DNA of 64,000 bases, taken from the NCBI GenBank assembly GCA_002633005.1, contig NMRA01000085.1:913252-977251 (forward strand), in the 5' to 3' direction. Origin of the DNA: Phoronis australis. Its lineage: Eukaryota; Animalia; Phoronida. Shown here one piece after another: positions 1 to 14,287 of the stretch. The notes beneath the pieces were generated by a model. The model saw only the letters and a list, made by a program, of their open reading frames with translations. It was not told where the DNA came from and ran no database searches. A program made the translations under genes and the position numbers. Each line of letters starts with the position of its first letter. The first letter of the stretch is position 1.

Positions 1-2476
1 ACTGGGTTTATCTGTCCATGATGGTGAAATGCACCGATAATAATTATTGGCGTTGTTGTATTTATACCTGGTTAAAGGGACACAACTGGTTTTAGAGCCA
101 AAGAAAATGGATTTTAGAATTATTGTTTTAAATTCTTAAAGTACTTGGCTGCTTGCTGAATGGGCTGCTAACCGGGCATTAAACTGTAATGGCTGAGGTC
201 GTGAGCTCACTTCTGTCTTGGGGCTGGTCTCAAAAATACTTTTCTGTCAGATTGTGTCACTTTAAATGGAACAAAACACCGGTTCTGGGCAATTTACTAA
301 AAATATGTCAAAAACGTTGCTGCTGTGAAACTGAACTCATTAAGTTGATCAGTTTTGGTGACACAGTTTTGCACCAAAAACATTGTGGCTATTCTCAGGT
401 CAGAGAATGACTGGTACTCTGCCTTAACTGCAGGTGGGGTTACTGGTGCATGATCACCTTGTCTGGACACCAGGTCAGGTTACTAGTACATGATACTAGG
501 TGTTGTGTGCAGTTTCCTGGTTGACCAGAAAAGTCGTGGAATAAATCATTTATGCAGGATTTTTGATATTGATGTAGTGAAAAATCTTTTTGCTTCCTTA
601 AAGCAAACGCTATTTCCCATAATACATTTTTTTCGTGGTAACTAATCAGAAAACCAATATCTGTTTGCTCACAGTTTTGTTAGAAATGCTTACGAGCCTC
701 TTAACTCTAGTCATGTTCCATAATGGCTTTTCCAGGTGGTGGAAACGCTTCCATGGCTATGCCGCTTCACTTTCAGCTGTTAATACCCTAAACCCCAGAC
801 CTGGACAGGACTCTCGTCCCTGGATGTAGTGTTTGTTCACCGAGTATGTTTGATGCACGTGTGGAGTTAAGGAACACTGGTATAAAATTTGTATCATGGG
901 TTTGGTGTTGGCAGCTCTGGCACTTGGATTCATAGGTGGAATTTAGAGGTGTAGCCATGGAATCGTTTCCACAACCTGATTTTACCCAGTTTTTGCTTGA
1001 AATATTATCCCCCTGGTGGTCGCCTGAGCAGTTAGGGCAGACCATCAAATAACAGAGACTGACTTTTGTGGATTATAATTTGTAGTCTTACAACGGATGG
1101 GGAGGAGTGATTGAAGGCAGGCGCCAGACTAAATTGGGTCAGCAACGCTATAAACCTGCCGTACTTCATAAAAAAATAACTTTTGTTTTTGTCTCCTTAC
1201 CGTTGTAAAATTGGTCTCGACTTGATACTCAGTGAAGTCGGAGGTCACTTCCGGACGTGGAAAGAACTGAAAGCTCGTTTGTACTCGAGACCAGGCTCTG
1301 CAAGTTGGCTCGTTACGGTGTATCATTTTATGCGCCAAGCATGGTGTTAGGCAATAACTGTCTAAGGTTAAAAGTCGCTTCCCATCAAATTAAAGACAAA
1401 TCTAACAGCACTAGATGGTATGAATGGATAGTTTGCCTCCTGGGCAGTACACTGTGCATGTCCTACCTGTTGTGTTCAGCTAAAGATAGAATAAGGTGCT
1501 ATTGGAGGATATTTTCTTCAATTTAAACCAAACCCAGACATTCTTGTGTTTTGACTAGTTCACCTGAATAATAGCGTATTCACTGAGGCTAGGATATTGA
1601 AAAGTTGGAACAGGCAGAACGGTCTTCCGAAAATGTGCAAAATAGCGACACCTTTGTCGATTTTTCTGGCTTAGTGCAATCACCACACCATAATAACTTC
1701 ACTGGCCACTTTAAAGGTTAATTCCACTAAAAGGCTTCCGTACTCAAACTGCTGATGAATATTTTGACTACATAAACGCTGATACAACGTAATTTACGTG
1801 AAACTTGTGCAACTCACTTTTTCAAAATACGAAATGTCACAACGAAGGAGAACGACAATTCCTAAACCTGAATGGCACAACATAATACATTGTGCACAAC
1901 ATAAAAACTAATAACAGGTAAAATTGATATTAGTTTTATTGCACATTCATTGACAGCATTCATCACATTGAGTTACCATTAATCATTCTAAATTGAGTAC
2001 TGACCAATAATGATAACAGTGACTCGACTACGTTGCACAATCATGCATTTACCGTTTAATTTTAAGTCAAGTTCCAAACAATTACAATGGAGACATGAAA
2101 GGAATGATGGCTTGTCACGAAAACCAGTGTTCTCCATTGAGTAACGGGCACGTTAAATATCCAGTTGCGTCAATGCAGCACTTCCAGGAATGCCCCAATT
2201 CACTATGGCCATTCGCTGGGAGTAGAAGTACCTCTGTATGCCAACAGATGGCAGTGCGGGCCATCAGTCCTACAAGCCCAATAACCATTGATTTCAATGT
2301 CTGATTTAAACAGGAACATGCAGCTGCTGTTAAAAGTAACCAGAAAAAAATGCGTCCTGGAGCTCATTTTTTCTGTTGGATAATTTCTCCGCGGGTAAAA
2401 CTGAACAAAGGTTACATTTTTAGCTTTCCAATGTTACATGTTGTGCCCCTATTTATGCCTCATCATGGCATGTGGA

Positions 2477-2552
2477 CACAGGGCATGATGCTTCGGAATA
2501 TGTTCACAGGGCATGATGCTCCAGAATATGTTCACAGGGCATGATGCTCCAG
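2477..2552. repeat. 28-bp minisatellite, about 2.7 copies
   Basis: Unit CACAGGGCATGATGCTCCAGAATATGTT starting at 2477, 2505 and 2533. Confidence 0.9.
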
Positions 2553-4919
2553 TTTCCAAAGCATGGGGTTGCATTCATCGAAATGACAGAAATTAAAATC
2601 AAGAACAATGTAAATTGGACATGTTACTTTAACAGCTCACGTTAAGTGACTTGAATGCAAGTACCGAAAAATGATAATTAAATTGGAGAATTGCAATACT
2701 CCACAAAACACCCGGGCCAGTAGGCTAACGATAGCAAGTTACTATGTACAAAAACGATACATGACATTTAACCACCCACAGGAGGAAATACATTACATTT
2801 ACCACATGAACAAACACCAGTTATGAATATATGGTTATATATAAGACGGGTGGTTATAACATCTAAATGCTATCAATATTTAATAGCATCTACACATCAA
2901 TACATCTTGGTTTATAATCAACAAAATAAATTATTTATTATACAGCCAAGTGTTAGAGGCAGCGGTACCCAAAATGATGATCTTAAATTTGCCTGTAAAG
3001 AATGACAGTAGCATTTCACCACTGTTCGTTTACTTTTAAAAAGAAGTAATGGAACAGAAATAACATACTTGGCTGACACTGAACAAACTTCATATTTTAC
3101 AAAAATTCTGCAGACTCCAGAAAGAAGCAAACGAAGCAGACTTTTTGTGTATCAATCTCGAAATAACGTAAAGAAAATCGTAGTCGAGCAAAATTTTCAA
3201 ACAAAAAGTAACTTGGTAAATGTTTTGGACACCACTGACCACCAACACACGGCCGTACATAACAACAACCAAAAGCACTAGAGCGGATATACGTTAAATG
3301 CAGACTGGATGGAAAGGGTGCAAGACTAAGAAGGCCCTGGCATAAATGTCTTGGGAAATCGGTGAAAAAGTCTGCTTGCCTTGTACTGGGGAAATTTTGA
3401 ACGCGTTACCAAAGACAAAATAAACTTATCGTGTGAGTAGATCCCCTGCACGTGTTTTAGAATTCATGGAATGTGCTGAATTGGATTTGTATTGACCCGA
3501 AGTCGGATAAAATCCAAAAATTGCTTCCCAGAGTCGAATCAAATGACATGGGTTGGACCTAACTCGACCGGGAGATTGCTGGAGTTGCCACCAGTGTCTC
3601 GGTCTACACCCACTTCCAGTGAACCTAACAATGTTATGTAATAGATTGAACATTAAGGATTAGTTAAACATGAGCAAATTGACATTGGCTCTGCAGTCAG
3701 TACAACCGTAGACTATACAAAACACTAAATAAAGCAGATACTAGTCATTTATAGTACCTTCACCATTGAGACCTGAATTCACAGTATTAAGTACATAAGA
3801 ATATATCTACAAGCACCCTAACAATGTCTTGCACTTCACACCAGCTAGTCTCCATTGTCTGTGTCAACAATACTGTCGCGCGATTGGCTTCTGTAACCTG
3901 AACAAAGGAGCAGCAAACTCAATAAAGGAGCAGCTGGCTCAACAACGGAGCGTCTAACGGGCATGATAGTGGACAAACTTCAACATGTTACGGCTGTAGT
4001 GAAAGAGAGCCAACAAAAATGACATCATCATCATCGCCACTCCCACTTCTATCAACCAATAAACAAACAGCATTATATAAAGCGTATTAACAGCGACGCA
4101 GTGTGACCGTGGATTTTTTTATCAAGAATCCAATTCATTTTCATTTTAACAGAAATCTTTTGCACAACTGATTGAGATTTCAACACAGATCTACAAGGGT
4201 ATCTTTGCTCATTTAAGAATGCAAGAATTTGCAACTAATGGTGACAAAAGCTGCCATCTAGTGAAAAATAAAGGAACTTCACTTCCATATTAGACAATGC
4301 TTAGCAAGACTTTAGTCGATACAAAAATTACTTATCACAAAATCAAAAAATTTTCAATCACCGAGAATCAAATAAAAGTTCCTGCATATACTGCTAGATG
4401 GCAGCAGGTCCGCTCCTGTCATTAAAGTGTAAAATAACCACTCCTATCTCACAAATCTTTTTAATCACACTTTCTTTTCGACTTATGAGTGAAAAGTGAG
4501 ATGAATTTTTGGATAATCGTTTTTCAAAAATATCGGCAAAAAAACTTTCATGCAGCAAGAGAATGAACTATTACATTCACATTTAAATGAGGAAAGTAAC
4601 TTAACTGATAACTTGTAAAACCAGAAGTGGCGCTGCACTCATGCAATATTTCCCCCATTATCTCCCCTAGCATCACAGGCCATTATCTCCCCTGGCATCT
4701 AAGACCACTGTCAATATAACTGCAGGTGAAAGCTGCCTACACAGAAGTGATGATAAACAGGATTTTAACACCTGTAGAGAAAAAATGGAGAAAACGATGC
4801 AGAAATTTGACAAAGCAACTTCCAGTTCCCTGAAATTACTACAAAATCAACTTTTCCAAAAACTGTCTCCAGTGAACAAAAGTCTTCTGAAACTAAAGAA
4901 TTACCACCCCGCCCGAAAT

Positions 4920-4925
4920 TTTATT
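4920..4925 (-). promoter_or_regulatory. Candidate polyadenylation signal (AATAAA) for the NPDC1-like transcript, implying a 3'UTR of about 1.4 kb
   Basis: First canonical minus-strand AATAAA I noticed downstream of the stop at 6338, followed by G/T-rich sequence on the minus strand. Confidence 0.4.
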
Positions 4926-6337
4926 TTTCATTATTACACTATTGATAAAAACACTTACATACAAACTAAATCCTAAACAGTTAAAGCCTTCATTGAACAT
5001 ATTTTAGCTATAATTGTAGATGTATTGGGCTACCCAGATAGACTTATCGATATTTTAGCGACAACGCAAAACCATTTAAGTGCAAGAATTCAGACCTATG
5101 AATGAAAGACCAAAAGTAATTTGAATTGAATAAGAGTCTGAATAGAACACCATAAACATTATCGTTGTGAGGTAGACAAATGTAAGTCAGTAAATCTAAC
5201 CGTTCATTACATTTGGCAATTTATGATATTACTGTAATGGAAGTGACTCTCGAAACATTTTGTAGCCACCAAATTTACGTGCGTCATTATTCAATGTAGG
5301 CTTTAAGGCAACTAAACTAAAACATACACGCCACACACGCATGCACACACACACACACACAAAGAAACAAATGAAGATTATCAATATCTCCCCAATCATG
5401 TTCCCAATAAGGCCAAAAAAGCACAACTGTTTCTGGTCTGTTTTCGAAAATTGAGTCGGTGGTGCGGTATTTTTTTAGATGCTCACATTTCCAAAAAAAG
5501 AACGTCAACTCGAGATAACAAAAAAATGTTTTTGTACTCATTGCTTAACAAAGCATGACCTATCAAACCCTGTTTACCTGCCTCTGTGCAGCTCATCAAA
5601 AAACAACAGACTTTGGCTGAACTTGACACACAGTGAGCCTTTCTTGGTTGTTTTTTTTTTAAACAGTAAGCACAGGTCTCGAAATGAATCAAAGTAAGAG
5701 TGTAGAATCAACTATGTTTTTTTGGCCTAATCTCTGGAACAGATTTTTTATATATATTCCACTACTTCGACACCATAGGATGAGATGTTTTTAAATAAAG
5801 GAGCAATGCTCCTGTGTTGGCTGTGCAACCTATCCGCCAGTAGAGTGCAGCACCTACTTGGCTGCCAACACCACCATTGTGACAATGCAATCTTCCTAAT
5901 GTTATGGAAAATCACATTGTGTATGCAGCAAAATATCACAGCACACAATAATTCAGAGAAACATGGTAGTGACGTCAATAACTTGTCGATGAAGAACATT
6001 TAAAAAATCCAGAGCGTGACAATAATAATCTTGTGTCTAATTTAACAGGTGGTAGCATATCCACCACAGGTAAGCTCCAAATGAGAGCAAAGAATTGGTC
6101 AACCCCTCGAAATATTGCTGCGCTCCAAAGAACTCGTATACAATTTAGCCTCACAAAGAATTTTAAACGAATCACAGAATTAGTTTGAGGCGATCGAAAT
6201 GACAATAACAGCGGCACAAACATTTTGGGTGTTTACATTACAGTCGCATAACGGCATTGCAATGTTCACGTGCTGCTGTCATTGCATTCAGACTAAGGTA
6301 ACGAAAAATATAGTACAGTCTTCCATAGCCTGCATTC

Positions 6338-6421
6338 TCACTGCGGCGGAGGGCCATCTCTTGGCGGACTTGGAGGTATATCTTCGTTAAACAGCGGGTT
6401 TTTCACTTCCATCTCACCCGT
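6338..6421 (-). CDS. NPDC1: NPDC1-like gene, terminal coding exon
   Basis: Acceptor gtgttttccag; encodes TGEMEVKNPLFNEDIPPSPPRDGPPPQ followed by TGA. TGEMEV(K/R)NPLF is the family C-terminal motif. Confidence 0.96.
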   Translation of the reverse strand, partial: TGEMEVKNPLFNEDIPPSPPRDGPPPQ

Positions 6422-6896
6422 CTGGAAAACACAAGAACAGAAATCAGAAAAACAGCGAATGACAGTTAGTCATTAAATTCTTTTTTGCAATATGGAATAG
6501 CAGAAGACAATATCAACATAATGACACGCAAACTGATGCTTCAATCAAGACAGCTTGCAGCAGGAGCATCCAATATTCCAAGCAAATTTTTGTCTTGGTT
6601 GAAAAAGTCATTGACATCTGTTACCACAACATGCTTTGTACAAGAAAGACACCCCTTACAGTTTGCGACCCGAGGGGGCTTAAGAGCAAGAAATATGCTC
6701 ATTTTTTCCAAAATCTTGATAGAAACACAGGAAGTGCAAACCATTACTAGGAAAACCACATAACAGAATGAGAATTTTATCACTGGCGACAATGACATAA
6801 TGGTTCTCCTTGGAACTGAGTTTATCAACTGTTAGTTACCAGCTATGAATAAATATATACAGAGGTTACAGTACAAGTCAGCAGCATCGTACTCAC

Positions 6897-6996
6897 CGGT
6901 GCTAACCCAGGGCACTCATACACAGTATAGTCCCCTTCTTCATTTTCAACATCACTCTCCTCCTCAGACCCATCATGCTTCATCTCACCGCTGGCC
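6897..6996 (-). CDS. NPDC1: NPDC1-like gene, acidic cytoplasmic exon
   Basis: Acceptor atgttgcag, donor CCG|gtgagt; 100 nt, phase 2-0. Encodes ASGEMKHDGSEEESDVENEEGDYTVYECPGLAP, with the conserved acidic stretch and VYECPGLAP motif. Confidence 0.96.
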
Positions 6997-7452
6997 CTGC
7001 AACATGGATAAACAAAGAATATGTTAGATTAATTATGCTAATGATACATGTAAATGGGTCACAGTGCATCACAATAAAGTTCAATGCCCAAAAACTTGCC
7101 TATTCATGTTGGGTTCTAAGAGGAGACGACAAAAGCTGGTTAAACAAAATGTTCCATGAAAATAGCTGAAAATGATCCACGGAACACCTATGGATCATTT
7201 CAGGAAAACAGAGTTTCCTCAGTCCATGATAGATGGCGCTATATCATACATGCGCAATTAAAAGTCTGTACACCGATTTACTGCATTTTAAAAAAAAAAA
7301 TCTTGCTCTAGTGTTTCGCACATTGACACGCGTAGAAGCAGAACACTATTACTTGTATATGCGCTTTTGGGTCTGTTGTCTACTCTTGGCGCTTATCGTT
7401 TATCAGCTACAGTAACGAGTATGCAAATCCTGAACCAGTGTGAAAATATAGG

Positions 7453-7702
7453 TCGCAAACATTTTTCAAGTCTGGTCTACACACCACCTGTTAGCCATTG
7501 CACGTGACCCAATGATCATAGGTCTAAAATGATGTCTGCCCCAGTGGTCACGCTGGCTCACTGGACAAAAATGTCTGCAAGGTTAGCAGAAGGTCCTGGG
7601 TTCCAGTCCCGGTCAGGGCAGAAATCATTTCAGACTTATGTTCATTAGACTATGTGATGTGGCCAAAAGGTGACGCGCAGACCAAACTTAAAATGTTTGC
7701 GA
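7453..7702. mobile_element. Palindromic (fold-back) element with arms of about 85-90 bp enclosing a tRNA-like core
   Basis: Left arm tcgcaaacatttt...aaatgatgtctgccc is an imperfect reverse complement of right arm gggcagaaatcatt...aaaatgtttgcga. The core carries tRNA-like arms. Confidence 0.75.
7538..7620 (+). pseudogene. tRNA-derived sequence (pseudo-tRNA or SINE-head-like)
   Basis: GCCC...GGGCA acceptor-like ends; A-box-like TGGCTCACTGG; anticodon-like stem TCTGC/GCAGA with a 7-nt loop; T-arm CTGGG-TTCCAGT-CCCGG (B-box-like). The D-arm and loop bases are non-canonical, so it is not called a functional tRNA. Confidence 0.65.
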
Positions 7703-10700
7703 GATACAGTAACAATAACTAGAAAAAACTCCAGCATCTATGGTTTCGAAAGAAATAAGTTATCAGCTTCACGTTTCTGAAATTTAAACGCAATGTCTTG
7801 GGTTAGCACGTGCCGAATTCCAAACATAGGCACAGCTTAATATACAGGTGTAGGAGCCTAAACAGAACAACTATAGTGAGGAAGGTTCCAGGAAACAATA
7901 CCACAAACGATCAAAGGCATTTAAATCTTGATTTCCACGACACAGTACACAAGTGACTTATTATTTCTGTAATATCTACAGCTACATGGGACCTCTATCA
8001 ACACGTCTTTGTAATTAAACACTACATCTACAAAAAATAGATTTTAACACAGTAAAAGTATTACAGATTTTCTGACAGAAGAACGCCTGTAAATTTTCTG
8101 AAAGAAGAGTGCCTGTAAAATGTCTCCAATAAGATTTAGCAAAAGCGAAAGGTGTATAGATGGCAAACCAACAGATAGTGACAACGATACGACCACAGTT
8201 TGTTAACGGAGAAATCTCAAAAACGCTGTTGCGTATTTCTGATTTATCACTTTTTCATTTTCTGCAACTTTTTTTTACTTTTTTTCAGAAAAGTTACAAA
8301 ATTTCTACTTTTAATAGCCATCATGCAAAAATGGAAAATGCTAAAAATTTCCTGACAGGGTTTCGAAAAACAGTTCATAAAATATAGCACTTGAAAGTTT
8401 GATAAGAATCAGACCAGCCACTTCTGAGGTACAATGTTACAAGGTGGGCCAAAGTTGGACGTTTCTCTAGGGTCCTACATCACCTATCACCTTGCATGAA
8501 TACAGTGGTTACAAAAACTACCGTAAGCTAATAAAACAAAGCGATGAATGACCTTGAAAGCACTAAACTTGATGTTTCAACGGCAGCTACATGATGTGGT
8601 TACACTGTAGCTGATCTGNATTTTGTCCGTACTGCCAAATGGAATCTGGGAGAATTTTAGGAGGCCATGGCCCCCTTGGCTCCCCTTAAATCTGCCACTG
8701 GGGGGGCAACCACATGTTCCAAGGAAGACACCCAAGGCCCTAAATTCGACATTTTTTGTTGACTGTGTCCGTACAGTGTGTCTGGGTCAATCCCAATTCG
8801 GTTTTGATAGAAGTCACTCAATTTCACAATTGGATCATTAGTAACCAAACTTTCTAATGATTAGCTTCATTTTAGTGCAGATTCTTCAACTCTTGACATA
8901 AGACTAACTAATGGATACAGAGAACTTTATTATGTCACTGACATCTGTGTACACTGTTAGCATGCTCTGCTCTGTTCGCCCATTATTAAATAAAATAGAT
9001 AATTTTTTAGTACTTACAATTACAGTAACATGGATCAGTGGCCATATTAGCAATTGTGTTTGTCCAAAATCGAAGATTCGTTAAAATTTCTTAACAATTT
9101 CTAGAGAAAATCAAATTGCTAGAACTCTACCTATATCATGGGCTTTTAATTTCATTTGCCCTTGAGAACTATAGACAGCGTTTCTGGTCAATAGTACAGC
9201 AAGTGCAAAGTGCCCATTTGTGGTTTACGTTTTAAACAAATTACACAAAACACACAGGTGCAATTCACTAAACTAAACGAAACAAAGTGATTAACACTGT
9301 TTTCCTCAACCAGGGTTAAAGGTTGTGACCTCACTACATCAGTCTTACACAATGAGGTTACGACCTTTGACCCATGAGCAGATTGAACAGCTGACCTTGT
9401 TGAATATTCAATGCCGTGCTCAAAAGTTAAATTAAACTGGCCATCAACAAAAAATCGCATCATTTTAAACAAAAAAGAAGGAAAACCATGAAAAGCAACA
9501 CTGCAATCTTTGAAGTGCACTACTGCAAGCAAGAGCAATCGTACAAGATACAACAATTATACAACAATTTTGAGACGACAAACACGGCTGGTGGCAAGGC
9601 TCTTCAAACTGCAAAAATTGACCAAGGGACTTGAAAGCAGCTGCATTTGCAGTGTGGATAGTGCAGAAATGCATTCAGAAACAATGAGATGTTTTGCTCG
9701 TTCACATCTACCCAAAATGTGTTAACACCAAAACTGTATTGTGTCAATGAAGGAACGACCCAATTTTTTGCGACGACAGATATAACGCAAGAATGATGAT
9801 TGGGCCTTAATTCAAATGCTCCTCCCCATCAGCCCAGGTTCTCTTATAACTCCCGCTAATGGCCAACCGAGTAGACTAGGGACTAAAACACATAACATTG
9901 GCTGGAGCTATGCCCTGAAGCCTACCATGGCTCAACATTTCCTGATCAAGACGTTCCACTTACAAATACGTCTACACTGTAAAAGCTTAGAATTTCAAAT
10001 GACCCATATGGTAAGTACGTAACAGACCACCGAATTCTTATGACGTCAAAGTCCACGGCATTTCGAGCGGAAAAATCTGGACAATGGGTCCTAATGGGCA
10101 CGATGAATTTTGGGGGAACTTGAGTTAGCACAGCGGCTAACAATTTTGTAGACCCTTGTATATCACTGGTGGCGTTTATACAAAATAAGCCTTTTGAAAT
10201 TAACACGCAAAGTCAGTGAAAGCAATTCTTTGTGAACTCTGCTCATAGTCATGTAGCTGCCCCAGTTGGACTGTGTACCTAAACACAGCCAAAGGGTTCA
10301 TGGTCCTGAGAGGACAATTGCCACATAACCCTCATGGATTCTGAATAGCCAAGCCCAGAATACGTAATTCGGCCGCACAACTCGGGACGCAATTTGCCGA
10401 CAAAATAATCGCCAGGCGCAGCCGCTGCCACATGTAACTAAATGGGAGACAGAAAGCTAGAGTCACAACATGCACTGTGTTCTTACGGGTAGCACTCATG
10501 GCTGAAGGAACGGATTCTCCTCTTCTGATACACTTCGCTGAAGGGACAATGGACAAGCTTAGATTGAGACAGGCCTCAACTACCCGCGGCAACAGAACCC
10601 CGGGCAACGAGGGAGTAATTATCGACAATGTACTTGGACAGTTTACGGTAAAAGTTCTCCAATTTGAAACAGCTTCTTAAATTTGGGACACTTAAATCCG

Positions 10701-13700
10701 AGCTGAACTTGAATTTACGCGATTCTGATAACGGGAGCATAGGTGATTTTTCAAATTCTGGACTCTTGAGAATTTTACTTAAGTTCTGAAAATAGAAGTC
10801 CGTATAAAGTAATTTCATACTATGCGCTAAATAGGAGAATAAATACCGCCTGGTGGTTGCCGGACACACGAAATAACTCACAAACTTAGCATGCAATTTT
10901 CAGTGGCTGGGACAGTATGAGCAATTCAAAGTTAAGGCGATGTTATATCAAGACCTGGGGGCAGTTTTGTCAAGAGCAATATGCTCAGTGGTGATGATAC
11001 AGTACGTCCTGCTTAGCTTACAATATGGTACACAAGTGTAATTTCACCCGATTGAGTCAACTTCACATGACCACACGTATACTACAAAAAATACCATGTC
11101 AAAACAAAGCAAAATAACACTTTAATGAAGTCACTGAATATCCTGTTTGATATGGATGCCTTTAAATTTTTCTCAATATGGCGAGTTAGAGTTTCCGGAT
11201 TTTTAAAACGTTGAAAATCGCTAGCAGTTCACAAGGTTGATGTTACACTAACTAAAGGCAGTTCAAATCTGAAAACATGAGAAAAGCCGCGTGAAAACTG
11301 GCAAAGCATTGTACAATGTCTGGACAGCATATTATTAGCCAATGTTGGCCATTTCTGCCAAATCCTAGCCAATGAGATGTTGAGACGAGCTAGGATGTTC
11401 TGAGATCGAGTTGGAAAGAGAGGTTGTTGTCCCTAATTGTGCTGATGCAAACACGATTTCTTCCAAATTTCAGCCACTTTGACTTCTGCTGGATACAGGC
11501 TGTATGGTGCGAAGTGCAAAAGATATTGAACTTCTAGCAGGCAAAAAACAACAACGACATGTCACGAGCAACACAAATTATTAACTGAACACTGAAATTG
11601 AAATTGCAAAGTAACAGAATTACGCAGCTGACCAGGCACCTGGGCAAAAATCAATTCCACCTGCCACCTGCTTGGCAGGCTCAACGGTACAATACCTACA
11701 GCACGATGATTTTAATGAACGTGTTTCTAATTCCAATATTTCAAACTCCATTTTCATCAAGTTCAAGATTCTGAGAATTAAAAGTACTTGAAGGCTCTTG
11801 ATAATTTTAAGAAGATATGTCATTATCTGAATACAAAACAGATGAGTGAAATTGGGATTTGAGAAATCCCGCAGGTGTAAATAAGACTAAAAACAGACCG
11901 GCAAAGTTAGGATAAAAAGAAAATCAGCTAGTCAAGCTCATCAGGCCAACACAAAGAAAAAAATCAATAATGCAGATGAAAAATCGATCTACCGGTAAAT
12001 AGAAATCGCTTCATTATAGAAATGGGCACAAAAAAATTTGAGAAATGCATAATTTTTTTTAAAATGTTCAGTGAAAAACGGAATAATTTGGGTCTCCACA
12101 AGAATGTAATAAAAACGTAACAAAAATGCAATAAAACTAACAATTACACGTCATTTTAACATTGTAATGGTGAACATCAGAATCTAATGTCTGCAGTATG
12201 TAATTAAAACACACATTTGGCACACTTGAGACACAATGAGATACACCGAGCGACCCTGTAAGTACACGGCACGGCTCCGCAATGATGTGTTTTATCTACT
12301 CATCAATAAACGAGCGTCAGCTTTACTGATCATTAAATATGTTAAATTATTCCTTTCAATCTAATGTATGTTAGCTGATACAGGAGTAGGAAGTTTGTAC
12401 ACTCAGTTAACTGCAGACATATCCACTCTTTAAAGCTCATTAAGATTGTTACCTCAGCAATTTAGGCCACAGTATAGCAGAGGAATGGAACTTTATTTTC
12501 TGACCAGATGTGCAACACCAAATGAACAATATTCCATGTTCAAGTTGTGTATCATAGCAACCATCAAATTTATTTTGAGAAAAAATGTGGCATTCACTGC
12601 AATTTAAGTCCTTGAAAAATGAAAACGGGCAATTTTAGCACTTTTTTGTTCGAAATTGGGAAAATTTTAACATATATTGCACCTGCAAAAGCTCAAAATT
12701 CTACAGTTAGTTGTGTGTCAACATGCGAACAATCCAAACTGTGGTAGAAATTGAATATAGTTTTTCAAATAGTTATTTTTGTTTATTAAAAGGTAAAATT
12801 TCAGTTTGTACTGTGTTGTGAACACAAGATTCACGCATAACACTTAATGTGGCCCCTAAATGATAAATGAACACCACAGATGAGGGTTCAACACAGACAC
12901 TAGCTTTCCCCATTTCCAAAATAGTGCTGAGAACCACTTTGGTTTGACAGGCTCCCTATGCAAGCTTACAACATTCGAGCAACAGTGTTGCACGATACAA
13001 GCACAGACCAGCTCGTTTATTTTATCCCTGAAACGTGGCGGAGTTCAGTCAGTGCATGCAAATAAAAAGCAACCACTTTATTGAGGCAAGACCACACTAT
13101 AAAAACGTCCAAGTTTGGCTAACTTGGGAACATCATGTCTCAGAAATGGACAATTGGATTGCAGTGAAATTTTCACAAACATTGTACTTTTCTACAAAAG
13201 GGTGTTTCTGATTGTTTTTTTTATAACGATCTACTTTGGGGGGGGGTTACGAAATGTTGGAACTCATGGGAATTTAATGGAAAACTTATAACTGACATAA
13301 AGAAATGAAATTTGACAGAGTTTTGAAATTTCATCTTGAACATATATTTCAAAAGAAACTTGATCATGTAGGTTATCACCATGGTGAATTTTAATAAAAA
13401 CACACGGTCACGTGACAAATTAAAGGCAAATTGGTATGACATAAAAATCAACTTCAACTTCTACAAGTAAAACTTTCAGGAAGTTATATTCTGTAGTTTT
13501 GCAGGTGTTTGACCGACCTCATGACCATACACTAAAAAAAAACACAGTACAGTAAAACAAGCCTTCCTGAATTTCTGACACATTTCTTTTTGTACCAGAG
13601 TTTTTCATTTCGGTCACAAGATGCTGAAAGTGAATGGTTCCGCCCAGGAAGTTTAGCGACTACGCTCGGTAGTAACCTGAATACGTCACGAGGACTGAGC

Positions 13701-14287
13701 ATCGTGTGAGCGTATCACGTGTCTTTGTGGAAAGCACTGGCCGACACTAATCAGGCTAACGATCTTGGAAAATTACATATACAATAACAGAGCAACTTGT
13801 CAGCGTATATTTTGTTCCTTAGCTGTGAAGCAGTTAGTAAATGAATTAACCATTTAAGTGCTCAGCTTCAACCTATGCCATTGAGAATAACACGGGCTTT
13901 CGAGTGGACAGTCAGCAGACGTAGGCGAGAATATTAATGATCCATTGAGAGGGGGTTTAATCACATTCAATGCCCCGTGAGGTAAAGTGGAATCAGATTA
14001 CTTAATATCCTACATACTGGATGGCAAGAAGAGTGAATGTCCTGGTGACAAACAGTCAACTCAGAAATTCTTGTTTTTCCAAACTTGTTCATTAAAACAT
14101 GTTCAGTTATCATATACTTCTTTAACATTTTCCAAGATTTCTTGACCTTTCTGAGGTTAAACTACAAAGGTTTGACTTTGAACTTCGACGACTTAAAGCC
14201 CATTTATAACCAAACAAGCCTTGCTTAGGTACAAAAGAGCTTCTCATATCGCAACCATGAATTTAATCAAATAATCCATGGAGGTTG

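Noticed and set aside
189-3653. Short ORFs and exon-like segments at the window start (788-1048, 2115-2297, 3426-3653)
   Set aside because: No recognisable domain, stops in the alternative frames, and no consistent splice chain. A second gene or decayed element cannot be supported from the sequence alone.
8620-8700. GC-rich segment ending CCCCTTAAATCTGCCACTG, resembling a DNA transposon terminus
   Set aside because: The other end is lost at the N join (8619), so no TIR pair or TSD can be verified.
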